Below, in pieces: positions 19,416 through 28,353 of a stretch of 64,000 nt of DNA (the stretch's first letter is position 1; every line of letters starts with the position of its first letter). The stretch spans positions 20,759 through 84,758 of IMG/VR virus record IMGVR_UViG_3300009080_000001; one strand, given 5' to 3'. This DNA comes from a virus. Both the position numbers and the translations under genes were made by a program. The notes under the pieces are model-generated. The model made no database searches, was not told the origin of the DNA, and saw only the letters and a list, made by a program, of their open reading frames with translations.

Positions 19416-19896
19416 ATATATTAGAGCAGGACTAATAGGTATTGTTTGCGGAATACTCTATTCAGGCTGTTCACATGGGGTTATCAAAAGCAAACCTATA
19501 CACACTAAACTTACTCCAGAATTGGAGAAGTATCGTGGGTATGTTCAAAAGATATCAAAAGGGAAGCTTGGTAATAAAGAGATAACCATTGGATATAGAA
19601 AGTTTAATGATAAAGATCCGAATTTATTAGGAGTATGTACATTTACTTTAGAAAACTTAGGAAAAGAGATTGACATAGTAGAAGAAGCATGGCAGTATCT
19701 AAATCATGGTGAGAAGCTTTTATTAGTAGCTCATGAATTTAGACATTGTGAATGTAATGAACTTGGTCACGAAGAAAGGTATTTTAAAGATAAGTGTTCA
19801 AAAACTATTATGCATAAATACTTACCAGATAGAGGTTGTATTAAAAAACATATGAATGATTATTTGGAAGAGATTAGGAGAGGTTGTGGAGATTAA
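19396..19896 (+). CDS. lipoprotein zinc metallopeptidase (metzincin-like)
   Basis: lipobox-like LYSGC; HEFRH...GH and a KTIMH Met-turn. Confidence 0.65.
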   Translation: MMTMVIRYIRAGLIGIVCGILYSGCSHGVIKSKPIHTKLTPELEKYRGYVQKISKGKLGNKEITIGYRKFNDKDPNLLGVCTFTLENLGKEIDIVEEAWQYLNHGEKLLLVAHEFRHCECNELGHEERYFKDKCSKTIMHKYLPDRGCIKKHMNDYLEEIRRGCGD

Positions 19897-20140
19897 AGTT
19901 GGGTGGAAATATGCTATTGAAGTAATTAGTGATAATTATACGTTTACCGTCACTAATTATGACGAAGTAGAAGGAAGAGTCTTCGGGATAGATGGATGCG
20001 GTATTGAAGACATTTGGAGCGTATCTACATTTCAAAAATACGCTACTCCTCTATATATAGAAGTTAAAGCAACAAGATTAGCACGTAAAATGTTCCCGAA
20101 TGCTGAAGAAGAAAACGGAATGTTGATACTGGAGGAATAA
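19886..20140 (+). CDS. TRLARK-module protein
   Basis: IKVGWKY; VKATRLARKMFPNAEEENGMLIL. Confidence 0.75.
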   Translation: MEIKVGWKYAIEVISDNYTFTVTNYDEVEGRVFGIDGCGIEDIWSVSTFQKYATPLYIEVKATRLARKMFPNAEEENGMLILEE

Positions 20141-20427
20141 TGGATCTATTTAATGAAATGATGTTAACGTACACAGATATTAATTTAGATATCAGTAGGT
20201 TGAAAAAAGATGTTGAGAAATTAGATGATGATAGTCTAGTTGATGAAGTTGGTTCATTAAGATATGCTATTGACGGTAAAGAGGCAGAAAAGATCGAGCA
20301 TATTCTTTTCAAGAATTACTCAGAAGAAGTGTTAGATGAAGAGGATCTTAATTTCCTTAGAGATGTATATGTACTATATTATGCTGAATTTGCAATATTA
20401 ATTGATACAGATGAAGATGACGAGTAG
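20140..20427 (+). CDS. acidic hypothetical protein
   Basis: D/E-rich ORF, SD GGAGG. Confidence 0.6.
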   Translation: MDLFNEMMLTYTDINLDISRLKKDVEKLDDDSLVDEVGSLRYAIDGKEAEKIEHILFKNYSEEVLDEEDLNFLRDVYVLYYAEFAILIDTDEDDE

Positions 20428-20549
20428 ACATAAGGTTTATTTCGTTGTAGTAATACTGTCAGCAATTTACAGATTATATGAAAATGATATTGACGGATTT
20501 ATACTTAGTATGTTAGTATTGAGTATATTTTGCTTAATACCAAGGAGGA

Positions 20550-20822
20550 ATGGTGAGTGAAAGTTGGGTTGGCAGGAAAGTAAGGTTTAAGAATTGGCCA
20601 GAGTGTATGTATTGGTATATAGAAAAGGAAGATTCTGGTAATTATATCGGAACTGTATTTGCTCATAATAAAGTACAGGAAACTGAATTCAATATTACCA
20701 AGAGGTTTACACATAAACGATATTTTTTAATTGACACAAAAGTAAAGGACACCAGACTTGCACGTAAAATGTATCCAGATTTTAAGGAAACTGAAGATGG
20801 TTATTTATTAATAATGAGGTAA
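20550..20822 (+). CDS. TRLARK-module protein
   Basis: WVGRKV; VKDTRLARKMYPDFKETEDGYLLI. Confidence 0.8.
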   Translation: MVSESWVGRKVRFKNWPECMYWYIEKEDSGNYIGTVFAHNKVQETEFNITKRFTHKRYFLIDTKVKDTRLARKMYPDFKETEDGYLLIMR

Positions 20823-20824
20823 TA

Positions 20825-23197
20825 GTGAAAGAACGTAAACTAGTAATAGTTGATAATATAAAGAAATTAGCAGAAGCTATAACACATATAAATACTTACG
20901 ATATATTAGCATACGATATAGAAACTACTGGACTTATTCCTACTAAGGAAAAGGTTATAGGGTTCTCAGTATGCGGTAAAGTAGGTGAAGCATATTATAT
21001 TCCACATTTAACTTGGGATACTACCAAAAATAAACTAGTCGAAGTATTCAGCTTCAGTAAAATATCCTCCATTTTAAATTCGTTAAAAGGTAAAGAGTTA
21101 CTGATGTGGAACGGTAGTTTCGACGTTAGATTCACCAGAGATTATTTCGATATAGACCTTACAGAAGAATTATTCGCAGATATTATGTTAATGAAACATA
21201 CAGTAGAAGAAGAGGGTCAATTTAGCTTAAAAGGCTGTGCAATCCAGTACCAAGAAGAGATTGGACTAGATGTAGCAGAAGACGCTAACAAAGAGCAGAT
21301 AGCCTTAAAAGAGAACGTAGCTAAGAATGGCGGTACAACTACTAGAGCTAAGTACGAGATGTATAAGGCTGATCTAGACGTTATGGGTGTGTATGCCGCA
21401 GCCGATGCAGACCTTACATTAAGACTTGCAAACCTATTCAGAGAAAAGCTTGAAAAAGAGGAATTAGAGGACTTCTTTTATGATGAAGAAGTTATGCCTT
21501 TATATAAGTATGTAACAATGACAATGGAATCTAATCCAGTACAATTAGATATTGATAAACTTAAATACTACAAACATAAGATAGAGCAAGATATAGTTAA
21601 ATTACATGATGCTATTGTTGCAGACTTATTAACAAGCGTTAAAGTACAAGCATGGTTAGAAGAAGTAGCTAAGACTAAATATCCGCCAAAACCTACTGGA
21701 AACTACGCTCAAAGAGTGGTAGAGAAATTCGGACTAGATTTACCAAAATCAGCATCAGGGAAGTACAGTATTTCCAGAAAGAATGTTGAGAAATTACCAG
21801 ATAGTGACGCTAAAAGCTTCTTATTAAAAGAGAGTAATATAGAGCCGGAATTTAAGGTAAAAGATACAAGGTTAGCACGTAAGATGTATCCGGGCTGTGT
21901 AGAGAAAGATGGTTGGTTAGTACCTGCTCAAGATATGTCAAGTATTTCAGTTGAATTATGGGAAGAACATAATGGTGGTAAAATCAATATCTCATCTAAA
22001 AAGCAAATGGGTGAAATAGTATTTAATTACATGAAAGTTAAGCCTTTAACTAAGACCTTAAAAGGTGCGCCACAATTTAACGATGCTTTAATTCAATATT
22101 TAGCTGATAATCAGTTTTCTTGGGCTAATGACCTTAGTGACTACAATAAGCTAATTAAGATCAAGTCAGCATATATCGATAGATTCTTGGATAATAACCA
22201 AGATGGTAATTATTACTTTTATTACAAACAACATGGAACATTATCAGGACGATATAGTTCTGACGCACAGCAGCTACCAAGACCTAAAGAAGATGGAGAA
22301 CTATCACCATTAGTACTTGAATATAACAATGCTATTAGGTCGTTCTTTGTCGCTGGTGAAGGTCGTAAGTTTATTGATGCCGATTATGAGTCGTTAGAGC
22401 CACATGTATTTGCACATGTATCAGGTGATGATGGGTTGAGAAATATCTTCCGTAAAGGTCATGATTTTTATAGTACTATTGCTATTCAAACAGAGAAGCT
22501 TGGGGAATTTAGTGCGGATAAGAAGTCCGAAAGTTACCTTGGGAAATTAAACAAACCATTACGCCAGAAGGCTAAGGCTTATAGTCTAGGCGTTCCATAT
22601 GGCATGACACCTTATGCCCTAGCTAAGACATTAGAAGTGGATGAGAAGGAAGCTAAGAAGCTATATGATGGGTATTTAGACGGGTTTCCAGAGCTTAAGA
22701 AGTGGATGCAGAAGAGTAAGAGAGATGCACAGTACAAAGGATTCGTTAAGACGCAAACTGGACGTATTAGGCACTTAGATAGGGTTAAAGAGCTACATGC
22801 TGAACATGGTGAGAAATTACTTAATTTTAAATACCGTAAAAAGCTTGAAAAACAAGTAGCTAAGAAACTTGGTGGATTTGAAGCATCTAAAGAAGTTAAA
22901 GGTATGTACCTTGATTATAAGAATGGTATAAATAATAGCCGCAACTTTCAGATTCAAGGATTATCGGCTAGTATTGTAAATAAATCCATGATACTGATTA
23001 TGCAGGATTTTAGGGACGAGAATATAGACGGTTACGTATGTGCAACAGTACATGATCAGATTATTGTTAACGTATCTGATTTAGATCTTGACAGAGCTAT
23101 AGAAATAGTGCAATATAGAATGACAACGGTTGTTGAGCTATCAGTTGATCTGAAAGCTCCGCCAGAAATTAGCGATAATTTTAGAGATGGACATTAA
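20825..23197 (+). CDS. polA: family A DNA polymerase (3'-5' exonuclease + polymerase) with thumb insertion containing the TRLARK module
   Basis: Exo DIETTG, NGSFD, YAAADA; motif A DADYESLE, motif B RQKAKAYSLGVPYG, motif C VHDQ; GTLSGRYSS. Confidence 0.95.
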   Translation: MKERKLVIVDNIKKLAEAITHINTYDILAYDIETTGLIPTKEKVIGFSVCGKVGEAYYIPHLTWDTTKNKLVEVFSFSKISSILNSLKGKELLMWNGSFDVRFTRDYFDIDLTEELFADIMLMKHTVEEEGQFSLKGCAIQYQEEIGLDVAEDANKEQIALKENVAKNGGTTTRAKYEMYKADLDVMGVYAAADADLTLRLANLFREKLEKEELEDFFYDEEVMPLYKYVTMTMESNPVQLDIDKLKYYKHKIEQDIVKLHDAIVADLLTSVKVQAWLEEVAKTKYPPKPTGNYAQRVVEKFGLDLPKSASGKYSISRKNVEKLPDSDAKSFLLKESNIEPEFKVKDTRLARKMYPGCVEKDGWLVPAQDMSSISVELWEEHNGGKINISSKKQMGEIVFNYMKVKPLTKTLKGAPQFNDALIQYLADNQFSWANDLSDYNKLIKIKSAYIDRFLDNNQDGNYYFYYKQHGTLSGRYSSDAQQLPRPKEDGELSPLVLEYNNAIRSFFVAGEGRKFIDADYESLEPHVFAHVSGDDGLRNIFRKGHDFYSTIAIQTEKLGEFSADKKSESYLGKLNKPLRQKAKAYSLGVPYGMTPYALAKTLEVDEKEAKKLYDGYLDGFPELKKWMQKSKRDAQYKGFVKTQTGRIRHLDRVKELHAEHGEKLLNFKYRKKLEKQVAKKLGGFEASKEVKGMYLDYKNGINNSRNFQIQGLSASIVNKSMILIMQDFRDENIDGYVCATVHDQIIVNVSDLDLDRAIEIVQYRMTTVVELSVDLKAPPEISDNFRDGH
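21857..21922 (+). repeat. TRLARK peptide module embedded in PolA
   Basis: VKDTRLARKMYPGCVEKDGWLV in frame. Confidence 0.9.
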
Positions 23198-23753
23198 TAT
23201 GGGTAAATTTTCAAGAAAAGAACAATGGAGTCTTATAGAGAAAGGTAAAAAAGGTTGTTCTGTTTGTGGTGATATTTTAGAATTAGATTGTTTTAGAAAA
23301 ACTGGAAAAGTAAATAAACAAGGAATTGTAGGTTACAGAAGCAATTGCAGGTACTGTAAACACGTAGATCAGATGAGTAGAAAAGGACACAATCCTAGGA
23401 ATAAAGATGATTTTTGGCATAGACATGGACTAAGAGATGAAGGGTTCATAGATAAAGCAGGAAAAGCAAGGAACTACGAAAGAGATAGAGTTAATTTTAT
23501 AAGGAGAGTTTATAATGTTGACTTTAAAGAAGCTTTAGATTTACATAAAAGATCACTACATGATACTTGTGAGATATGTGGAAAAGGGTTTGAAGACAAC
23601 GGTAAAGCTCTAGCTGTAGATCACTGTCACAGTAACGGGCATGTTAGAGGTATATTATGTGAAGTATGTAATAAAGGATTAGGACACTTTAAAGATAACG
23701 TAGATGTTATGAAAAATGCTATCAAATATTTAGAAGAAAAAAGGGAGAAATAA
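23187..23753 (+). CDS. endonuclease VII-family (His-Me) nuclease
   Basis: CEICG...LAVDHCH..GHVRGILCEVCNKGLGHFKDN. Confidence 0.9.
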   Translation: MDINMGKFSRKEQWSLIEKGKKGCSVCGDILELDCFRKTGKVNKQGIVGYRSNCRYCKHVDQMSRKGHNPRNKDDFWHRHGLRDEGFIDKAGKARNYERDRVNFIRRVYNVDFKEALDLHKRSLHDTCEICGKGFEDNGKALAVDHCHSNGHVRGILCEVCNKGLGHFKDNVDVMKNAIKYLEEKREK

Positions 23754-24028
23754 TGAAATATGAGTCTGAATTTAGAATAAAAGAAAAAGAGTTTTACCCA
23801 AGAGAAAAGCACAGTCATAAGAAAGTGATTGATGAGTTAGCAAATATCGTTAAAAGAGCTGATTTAGAGATTGATGAACTTGAAATATCTAGAGAAGTGG
23901 CGTTTGAACTACATCAAACTAGATTTAAAGAGCTATTAGAAGCTCATTCCGAAATAAGAACTTATCAAGCAATTTCGACTATTTTAGCATTAGGAGTAAT
24001 ATTGTTAGGATTAATAGTACTAGTATAA
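23753..24028 (+). CDS. coiled-coil protein with C-terminal TM
   Basis: hydrophobic C-terminus. Confidence 0.55.
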   Translation: MKYESEFRIKEKEFYPREKHSHKKVIDELANIVKRADLEIDELEISREVAFELHQTRFKELLEAHSEIRTYQAISTILALGVILLGLIVLV

Positions 24029-24045
24029 CAGAATAGGACATTGGT

Positions 24046-24216
24046 ATGAGCTACATTAGAAGAATACTTAACTGGTTATTATCATTTTTTCAAACATCAG
24101 AAACACCTGAATTAGACGAGAAAATAAACCAGAAAAAGAAAGAGATTAAAGAAATTGACAAAGAACTCGAAAAAGAGTACGATAATGTTAAAGATTCTAT
24201 GGAGGAATGGAAGTGA
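24046..24216 (+). CDS. small coiled-coil protein (not in ORF track)
   Basis: MSYIRRILNWLLSFF...EEWK, 56 aa, fills the intergenic gap. Confidence 0.5.
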   Translation: MSYIRRILNWLLSFFQTSETPELDEKINQKKKEIKEIDKELEKEYDNVKDSMEEWK

Positions 24217-24428
24217 TTATTTTTGTTATAGCTTGGATTATATGCGGATTATTTGGGTCTTATTTGTATTTTAGACAATTTAGTGATAAGAACGGATATA
24301 TGGAAGTTAAGGTAGATGATATAATTATAATGTTTTTATTAGCTGCGCTTGGTTTTGGAGGCTTAATAGTAGGGTTACTTAATAATAACGATAAGGTGTT
24401 ATTTACAATAGGAAGGAAGGATGATTAA
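24207..24428 (+). CDS. two-TM membrane protein
   Basis: two hydrophobic helices. Confidence 0.6.
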   Translation: MEVIIFVIAWIICGLFGSYLYFRQFSDKNGYMEVKVDDIIIMFLLAALGFGGLIVGLLNNNDKVLFTIGRKDD

Positions 24429-24792
24429 ACTAATAAAGACATTACTGCTTCTAGCAGCTCTTGTATACGCTTCTAACGGCATTGGATGCGATTACCCTAC
24501 ACAAGTATCAGCTAATGATACAGTGGCTTGTGAGGGCGTTATATTGACGAATAAGCAGTTTGTAGATACAAGTAATAACAAGAAAGAGTTACGTTTAAAA
24601 GACCTTAAAATAGCTAAATTAGAAGGTACTGTAGAATTAATGGATATTAGACATTCAGTATATAGAAAAGAGTTAGATAAAACTAGGGATGCTTTGTCAG
24701 ATTTAGAGATCAAGAGTACTATTGGTTACGTTATAAGCTTCAGTTTTGGAGCTGTATTAACTGGTTATATTGCTAAGGAAGTTTTGAAGTGA
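24421..24792 (+). CDS. exported protein with coiled coil and C-terminal TM (spanin-like topology)
   Basis: N-terminal signal, possibly lipobox GIGC; C-terminal hydrophobic helix. Confidence 0.5.
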   Translation: MIKLIKTLLLLAALVYASNGIGCDYPTQVSANDTVACEGVILTNKQFVDTSNNKKELRLKDLKIAKLEGTVELMDIRHSVYRKELDKTRDALSDLEIKSTIGYVISFSFGAVLTGYIAKEVLK

Positions 24793-25091
24793 AGAAAGCG
24801 ATGTGGATAAGTTATTCGTCCGATGAACATGAACCTAATTTTCCTTTTAATATTAATGATGTAATTAATGTTGAAGAGGATTTTGAAGCAGGATGGGCTA
24901 ATGGTCTATGGGAGATTCTTGACGATGAAGGATTTAGTATTAGCTACGAGTATTCCGGAGAACTTCTAAACCAGTGTTACTTATATAAAGAACAATTACT
25001 TTTCGGAGTAAAATCAACACGACTAGCAAAGAAACTATATCCAAATGCTCCAGAAAAAGAGGGTATGTTATGGATCAAAGACGATGAGTAA
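24789..25091 (+). CDS. TRLARK-module protein
   Basis: VKSTRLAKKLYPNAPEKEGMLWI. Confidence 0.8.
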   Translation: MKKAMWISYSSDEHEPNFPFNINDVINVEEDFEAGWANGLWEILDDEGFSISYEYSGELLNQCYLYKEQLLFGVKSTRLAKKLYPNAPEKEGMLWIKDDE

Positions 25092-25395
25092 ACCAGTATA
25101 TTTCAAACTAGGTTCAACTGGTAAGATTTACCAAGCAGATATCTGTAGAGATTACACAGTTGGCGTAGATTGGTCAGCTATGATCCAAGTAGTAGAATTT
25201 GACGACATATCTCAAGTACATCAAGACATATTTTCACATACATATTTCAACAGAAATTACGCTAATGTTCGAGCAAGTTTATATCTTATATTAAAAGGTG
25301 ACTTACTGTACGAATCTATCAAAGATACTAGATTAGCACGTAAGATGTATCCAGATGCTATCGAACATGAAGGTTGGTTGTTAATTGAAAGTTAG
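25084..25395 (+). CDS. TRLARK-module protein
   Basis: IKDTRLARKMYPDAIEHEGWLLI. Confidence 0.8.
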   Translation: MSKPVYFKLGSTGKIYQADICRDYTVGVDWSAMIQVVEFDDISQVHQDIFSHTYFNRNYANVRASLYLILKGDLLYESIKDTRLARKMYPDAIEHEGWLLIES

Positions 25396-25606
25396 TAAAA
25401 ATACCCAAGAAATTGAATTTGAAGCTAAAGTATTATATCCAACTTTTGGGATAAATACAGAGGTACAGACATTTGATGGTGTTGAAAAAACAACATTTTT
25501 AAGTGTGCCATGCATATTTAGCTTGACAGTACAAAAAAATCTATTTATAATCAAAATTAGTTTAGTAATCGGATTAAGCATAAAGCTTAAACTATTGGAG
25601 AATTAG
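25385..25606 (+). CDS. hypothetical protein
   Basis: ORF filling operon. Confidence 0.45.
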   Translation: MKVSKNTQEIEFEAKVLYPTFGINTEVQTFDGVEKTTFLSVPCIFSLTVQKNLFIIKISLVIGLSIKLKLLEN

Positions 25607-26587
25607 ATGAGTAAGAAACTGAAACAGATTAAACAAAGATTCGTAGATACTATGAATCAAGTAGGAGAGGTACTAGATGTATGCCCTACTGAACTTAGGA
25701 GAGACGACTATGTTAGAATCTCAGTTGATACTGATATAGAAGATAGACTTAATAAGGAAGAATTAAACCTTATTGGTGGATTTAAAAGTGCTAAGAAGTC
25801 GTTTATTAAAGGCAAGAAAGCAGGTCCAAAGATTCTATTATTTGACTTAGAGACTACGCCTATTGAAGCATATGTTTGGGGTCTATGGGATCAAAATATT
25901 GGCTTAAGTATGGTTAAAGAAGAATCATCACTATTATCTTGGTCAGCTAAATGGCTTGGAGATGATAAAGTCATGTATGACGATGTTTCCGGTCAAAAGA
26001 ACTTAAGAGACGATAAAAGGATAGTACAATCATTACTTAAATTAGTAGATGAAGCTGATATTATCGTTGGTCATAATTCTGACTCATTTGACGTTAAAGT
26101 TATGAACGCTAGAGTTATTAAGAACGGCTTAAAGCCACCAAGTTCATATAAACGTATGGATACTAAAAAGATGGCTAAGAAACACTTCAGATTCCTTTCT
26201 AACAAGCTTCAGTACTTAACTGATTCATTATGTACGGAATTTAAGAAGTCGTCACATGGTAAGTTTCCGGGCTTCTCAATGTGGAAAGAATGTCTTAAAG
26301 GAAACAAAGAAGCATTCCAAGAGATGAAAGAATATAACATTCTAGATGTAACTTCATTAGAGGAATTATTTGTACAAATGTTGCCTTGGGAATCAGCTAG
26401 AATATTCAATACCTACAAAGATAACGATTCATGTACTTGTGGACATAATAAGTTCAAAAAGAGTGGGTTTGCTTATACTCCTAGCGCAAAGTATCAAAAA
26501 TACAAATGTAAGAAATGTGGAGCAGAATCTAGAGGTACTGAGAATCTTAATCTTAGAAAATCAACTAAGAAAAATACGGTTAGGTAA
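25607..26587 (+). CDS. RNase H-like (YprB/DnaQ-type) 3'-5' exonuclease with C-terminal Zn ribbon
   Basis: LLFDLET, VGHNSDSFD, MDT, YNILDV; CTCG...CKKCG. Confidence 0.85.
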   Translation: MSKKLKQIKQRFVDTMNQVGEVLDVCPTELRRDDYVRISVDTDIEDRLNKEELNLIGGFKSAKKSFIKGKKAGPKILLFDLETTPIEAYVWGLWDQNIGLSMVKEESSLLSWSAKWLGDDKVMYDDVSGQKNLRDDKRIVQSLLKLVDEADIIVGHNSDSFDVKVMNARVIKNGLKPPSSYKRMDTKKMAKKHFRFLSNKLQYLTDSLCTEFKKSSHGKFPGFSMWKECLKGNKEAFQEMKEYNILDVTSLEELFVQMLPWESARIFNTYKDNDSCTCGHNKFKKSGFAYTPSAKYQKYKCKKCGAESRGTENLNLRKSTKKNTVR

Positions 26588-26871
26588 TGTCAGGTATAGA
26601 TCACCTATACGCTAGAATTAAGAATAGGCTCGTTGAATTTGACTTCGAGCCTACTTCAAAAAGAGCAGATGGTATATTCTATACTATAATGTGGGAATTT
26701 TCATATTCAATGAATAATATTTCTAACGATGTTATTGACAGCTATATAAAAGATGTATATAATTTTGACAGGTATAGAAATACCAGACTAGCACAAAAGA
26801 TGTTTAAAAACGATATTATTAAGAAAACAGATAAATGGATATATGTGAGAGATTATGGTAACAAAAAATAG
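26587..26871 (+). CDS. TRLARK-module protein
   Basis: YRNTRLAQKMFKNDIIKKTDKWIYV. Confidence 0.7.
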   Translation: MSGIDHLYARIKNRLVEFDFEPTSKRADGIFYTIMWEFSYSMNNISNDVIDSYIKDVYNFDRYRNTRLAQKMFKNDIIKKTDKWIYVRDYGNKK

Positions 26872-27079
26872 GAAGATGTTTAATGCTTTGAAGGATGCTG
26901 GATATTCTGACAAAGATATTGGTAGTTTTTGTGAGGCTTATTTAGAACTAGTAGCAGAGGCTATGATTGACGGTTTAGTTAGAGAAACTAAAGGTATTAA
27001 TGAAACTGAGTTAGCAGAGAAGATACTTAAAGATAAGTTGATATATAAACGTAACGGTAAGTTATATGTGGAGAAATAG
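26855..27079 (+). CDS. hypothetical protein
   Basis: coupled ORF. Confidence 0.5.
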   Translation: MVTKNRKMFNALKDAGYSDKDIGSFCEAYLELVAEAMIDGLVRETKGINETELAEKILKDKLIYKRNGKLYVEK

Positions 27080-27354
27080 TGCAAGAAATATTTGAATTTA
27101 ACGGTTGGATTGGAAGTATATTGCTCGCAATTTGTGCAGTACCTTTAGCATGGAGATCGTTAAGAGATAAACATAGTAATGGAGTTGATGGATTATTTCT
27201 GATAATCTGGGGATTAGGCGAGATACTTACGTTAACATATGTACTATATAAATGGGATTTACCGTTAATATTAAACTATGGGTTGAATCTAGTGTTTATT
27301 GGCATTGTTGTTTATTATAAGCTAAAGCCGGAGGTTGTTAATGAAAAGAAGTGA
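27079..27354 (+). CDS. PQ-loop/SemiSWEET-like three-helix membrane protein
   Basis: GWIGSILLAICAVPLAWRS..K...GV; PLILNY. Confidence 0.7.
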   Translation: MQEIFEFNGWIGSILLAICAVPLAWRSLRDKHSNGVDGLFLIIWGLGEILTLTYVLYKWDLPLILNYGLNLVFIGIVVYYKLKPEVVNEKK

Positions 27355-27553
27355 TATGTTATTGTCTATACGGGACGATATCTATACTTACAGTAATTGT
27401 CCCGAAGAAGAAATAGATAAATTAGCCAACATTATACTTAAAAATATCGAGGATTATGGGATGAAACCTCCCGGAAGATGGTCCTCAGTACTAAGAGGGA
27501 ATACTGCTAAAAGAGAGATAGCGAGATGTTCGTGGGAGGATGAAGATGAGTAA
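27335..27553 (+). CDS. hypothetical protein
   Basis: MKRSDML...IEDYGMKPP...WEDE. Confidence 0.55.
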   Translation: MLMKRSDMLLSIRDDIYTYSNCPEEEIDKLANIILKNIEDYGMKPPGRWSSVLRGNTAKREIARCSWEDEDE

Positions 27554-28112
27554 AGATACTTTTAAAGAAAACTTGGAAATGTTCCACTCTAGTAATATAC
27601 ATATACCTTCAAGAAGTATATTATTATCTGGAGAAATTACAGTAGAAAAAAGAGATGAGTTTCTAAAGAATATATTAACACTTGATGAAAAGGGTCACGA
27701 TATTATAGTATACCTATCTAGTGAAGGTGGTTACACAGATCAAGGTAAGTCGATATATGACTTGATTAAAACTAGAGATTCTAATATAAAAGGTATAGTA
27801 CTAGATGAAGCTAGTTCAAGTGCAAGTTTTATACTCCAAGCTTGTGACGAAAGGATTATGTTTCCAAATAGTTACTTAATGGTACATATTGGAGAAGAGG
27901 CTACAGGTGGACATCCTAACACTAAGAAAGCTTGGGATAAGAAGTATGAAGAAGATACAAAGATAATGGAAGATATGTATTTAAAGAGGATTAAAGAAAA
28001 AAAACCAAGATATACAAGAAAACAGTTGCAAAACATGTTAACTTTTGATACTATCTTGAATCCTAAGAAAGCAATTGAGCTTGGATTAGCAGATAAGGTA
28101 TATGGTGATTAA
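27540..28112 (+). CDS. clpP: ClpP-like serine protease
   Basis: YLSSEGG, EASSSASFIL (Ser), NSYLMVH (His), FDTILNPKKAIELGLADKV. Confidence 0.85.
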   Translation: MKMSKDTFKENLEMFHSSNIHIPSRSILLSGEITVEKRDEFLKNILTLDEKGHDIIVYLSSEGGYTDQGKSIYDLIKTRDSNIKGIVLDEASSSASFILQACDERIMFPNSYLMVHIGEEATGGHPNTKKAWDKKYEEDTKIMEDMYLKRIKEKKPRYTRKQLQNMLTFDTILNPKKAIELGLADKVYGD

Positions 28113-28353
28113 TATTAATATAGGAGACAATTTTTATGGTAAATACGGTAGAATACTCATAACGAATATAGTACATAGAGGTTGTGAAACGATTATAACA
28201 TACAAGTACGATGATGGTGATGATGTACAAGGAAGATGTTTTCTACCTAGATTCCAAAATATGTTTAAAAGACAAGTAAAAAATACAAGATTAGCAAAGA
28301 AGATGTTCCCAAATGCTGAGGAATCTGAAGATGGAGAATGGTTATATGTATAA
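28102..28353 (+). CDS. TRLARK-module protein
   Basis: INIGDNF; VKNTRLAKKMFPNAEESEDGEWLYV. Confidence 0.8.
   Translation: MVININIGDNFYGKYGRILITNIVHRGCETIITYKYDDGDDVQGRCFLPRFQNMFKRQVKNTRLAKKMFPNAEESEDGEWLYV

Noticed and set aside
21632-21960. PolA insertion as an intein or intron
   Set aside because: There is no C/S...HN-C/S/T splice junction pattern or homing-endonuclease motif, and the reading frame is continuous.
23187-23753. Endonuclease VII as an intron-encoded homing endonuclease interrupting polA
   Set aside because: PolA is complete (motif C and C-terminus) before this ORF starts, so it is free-standing.
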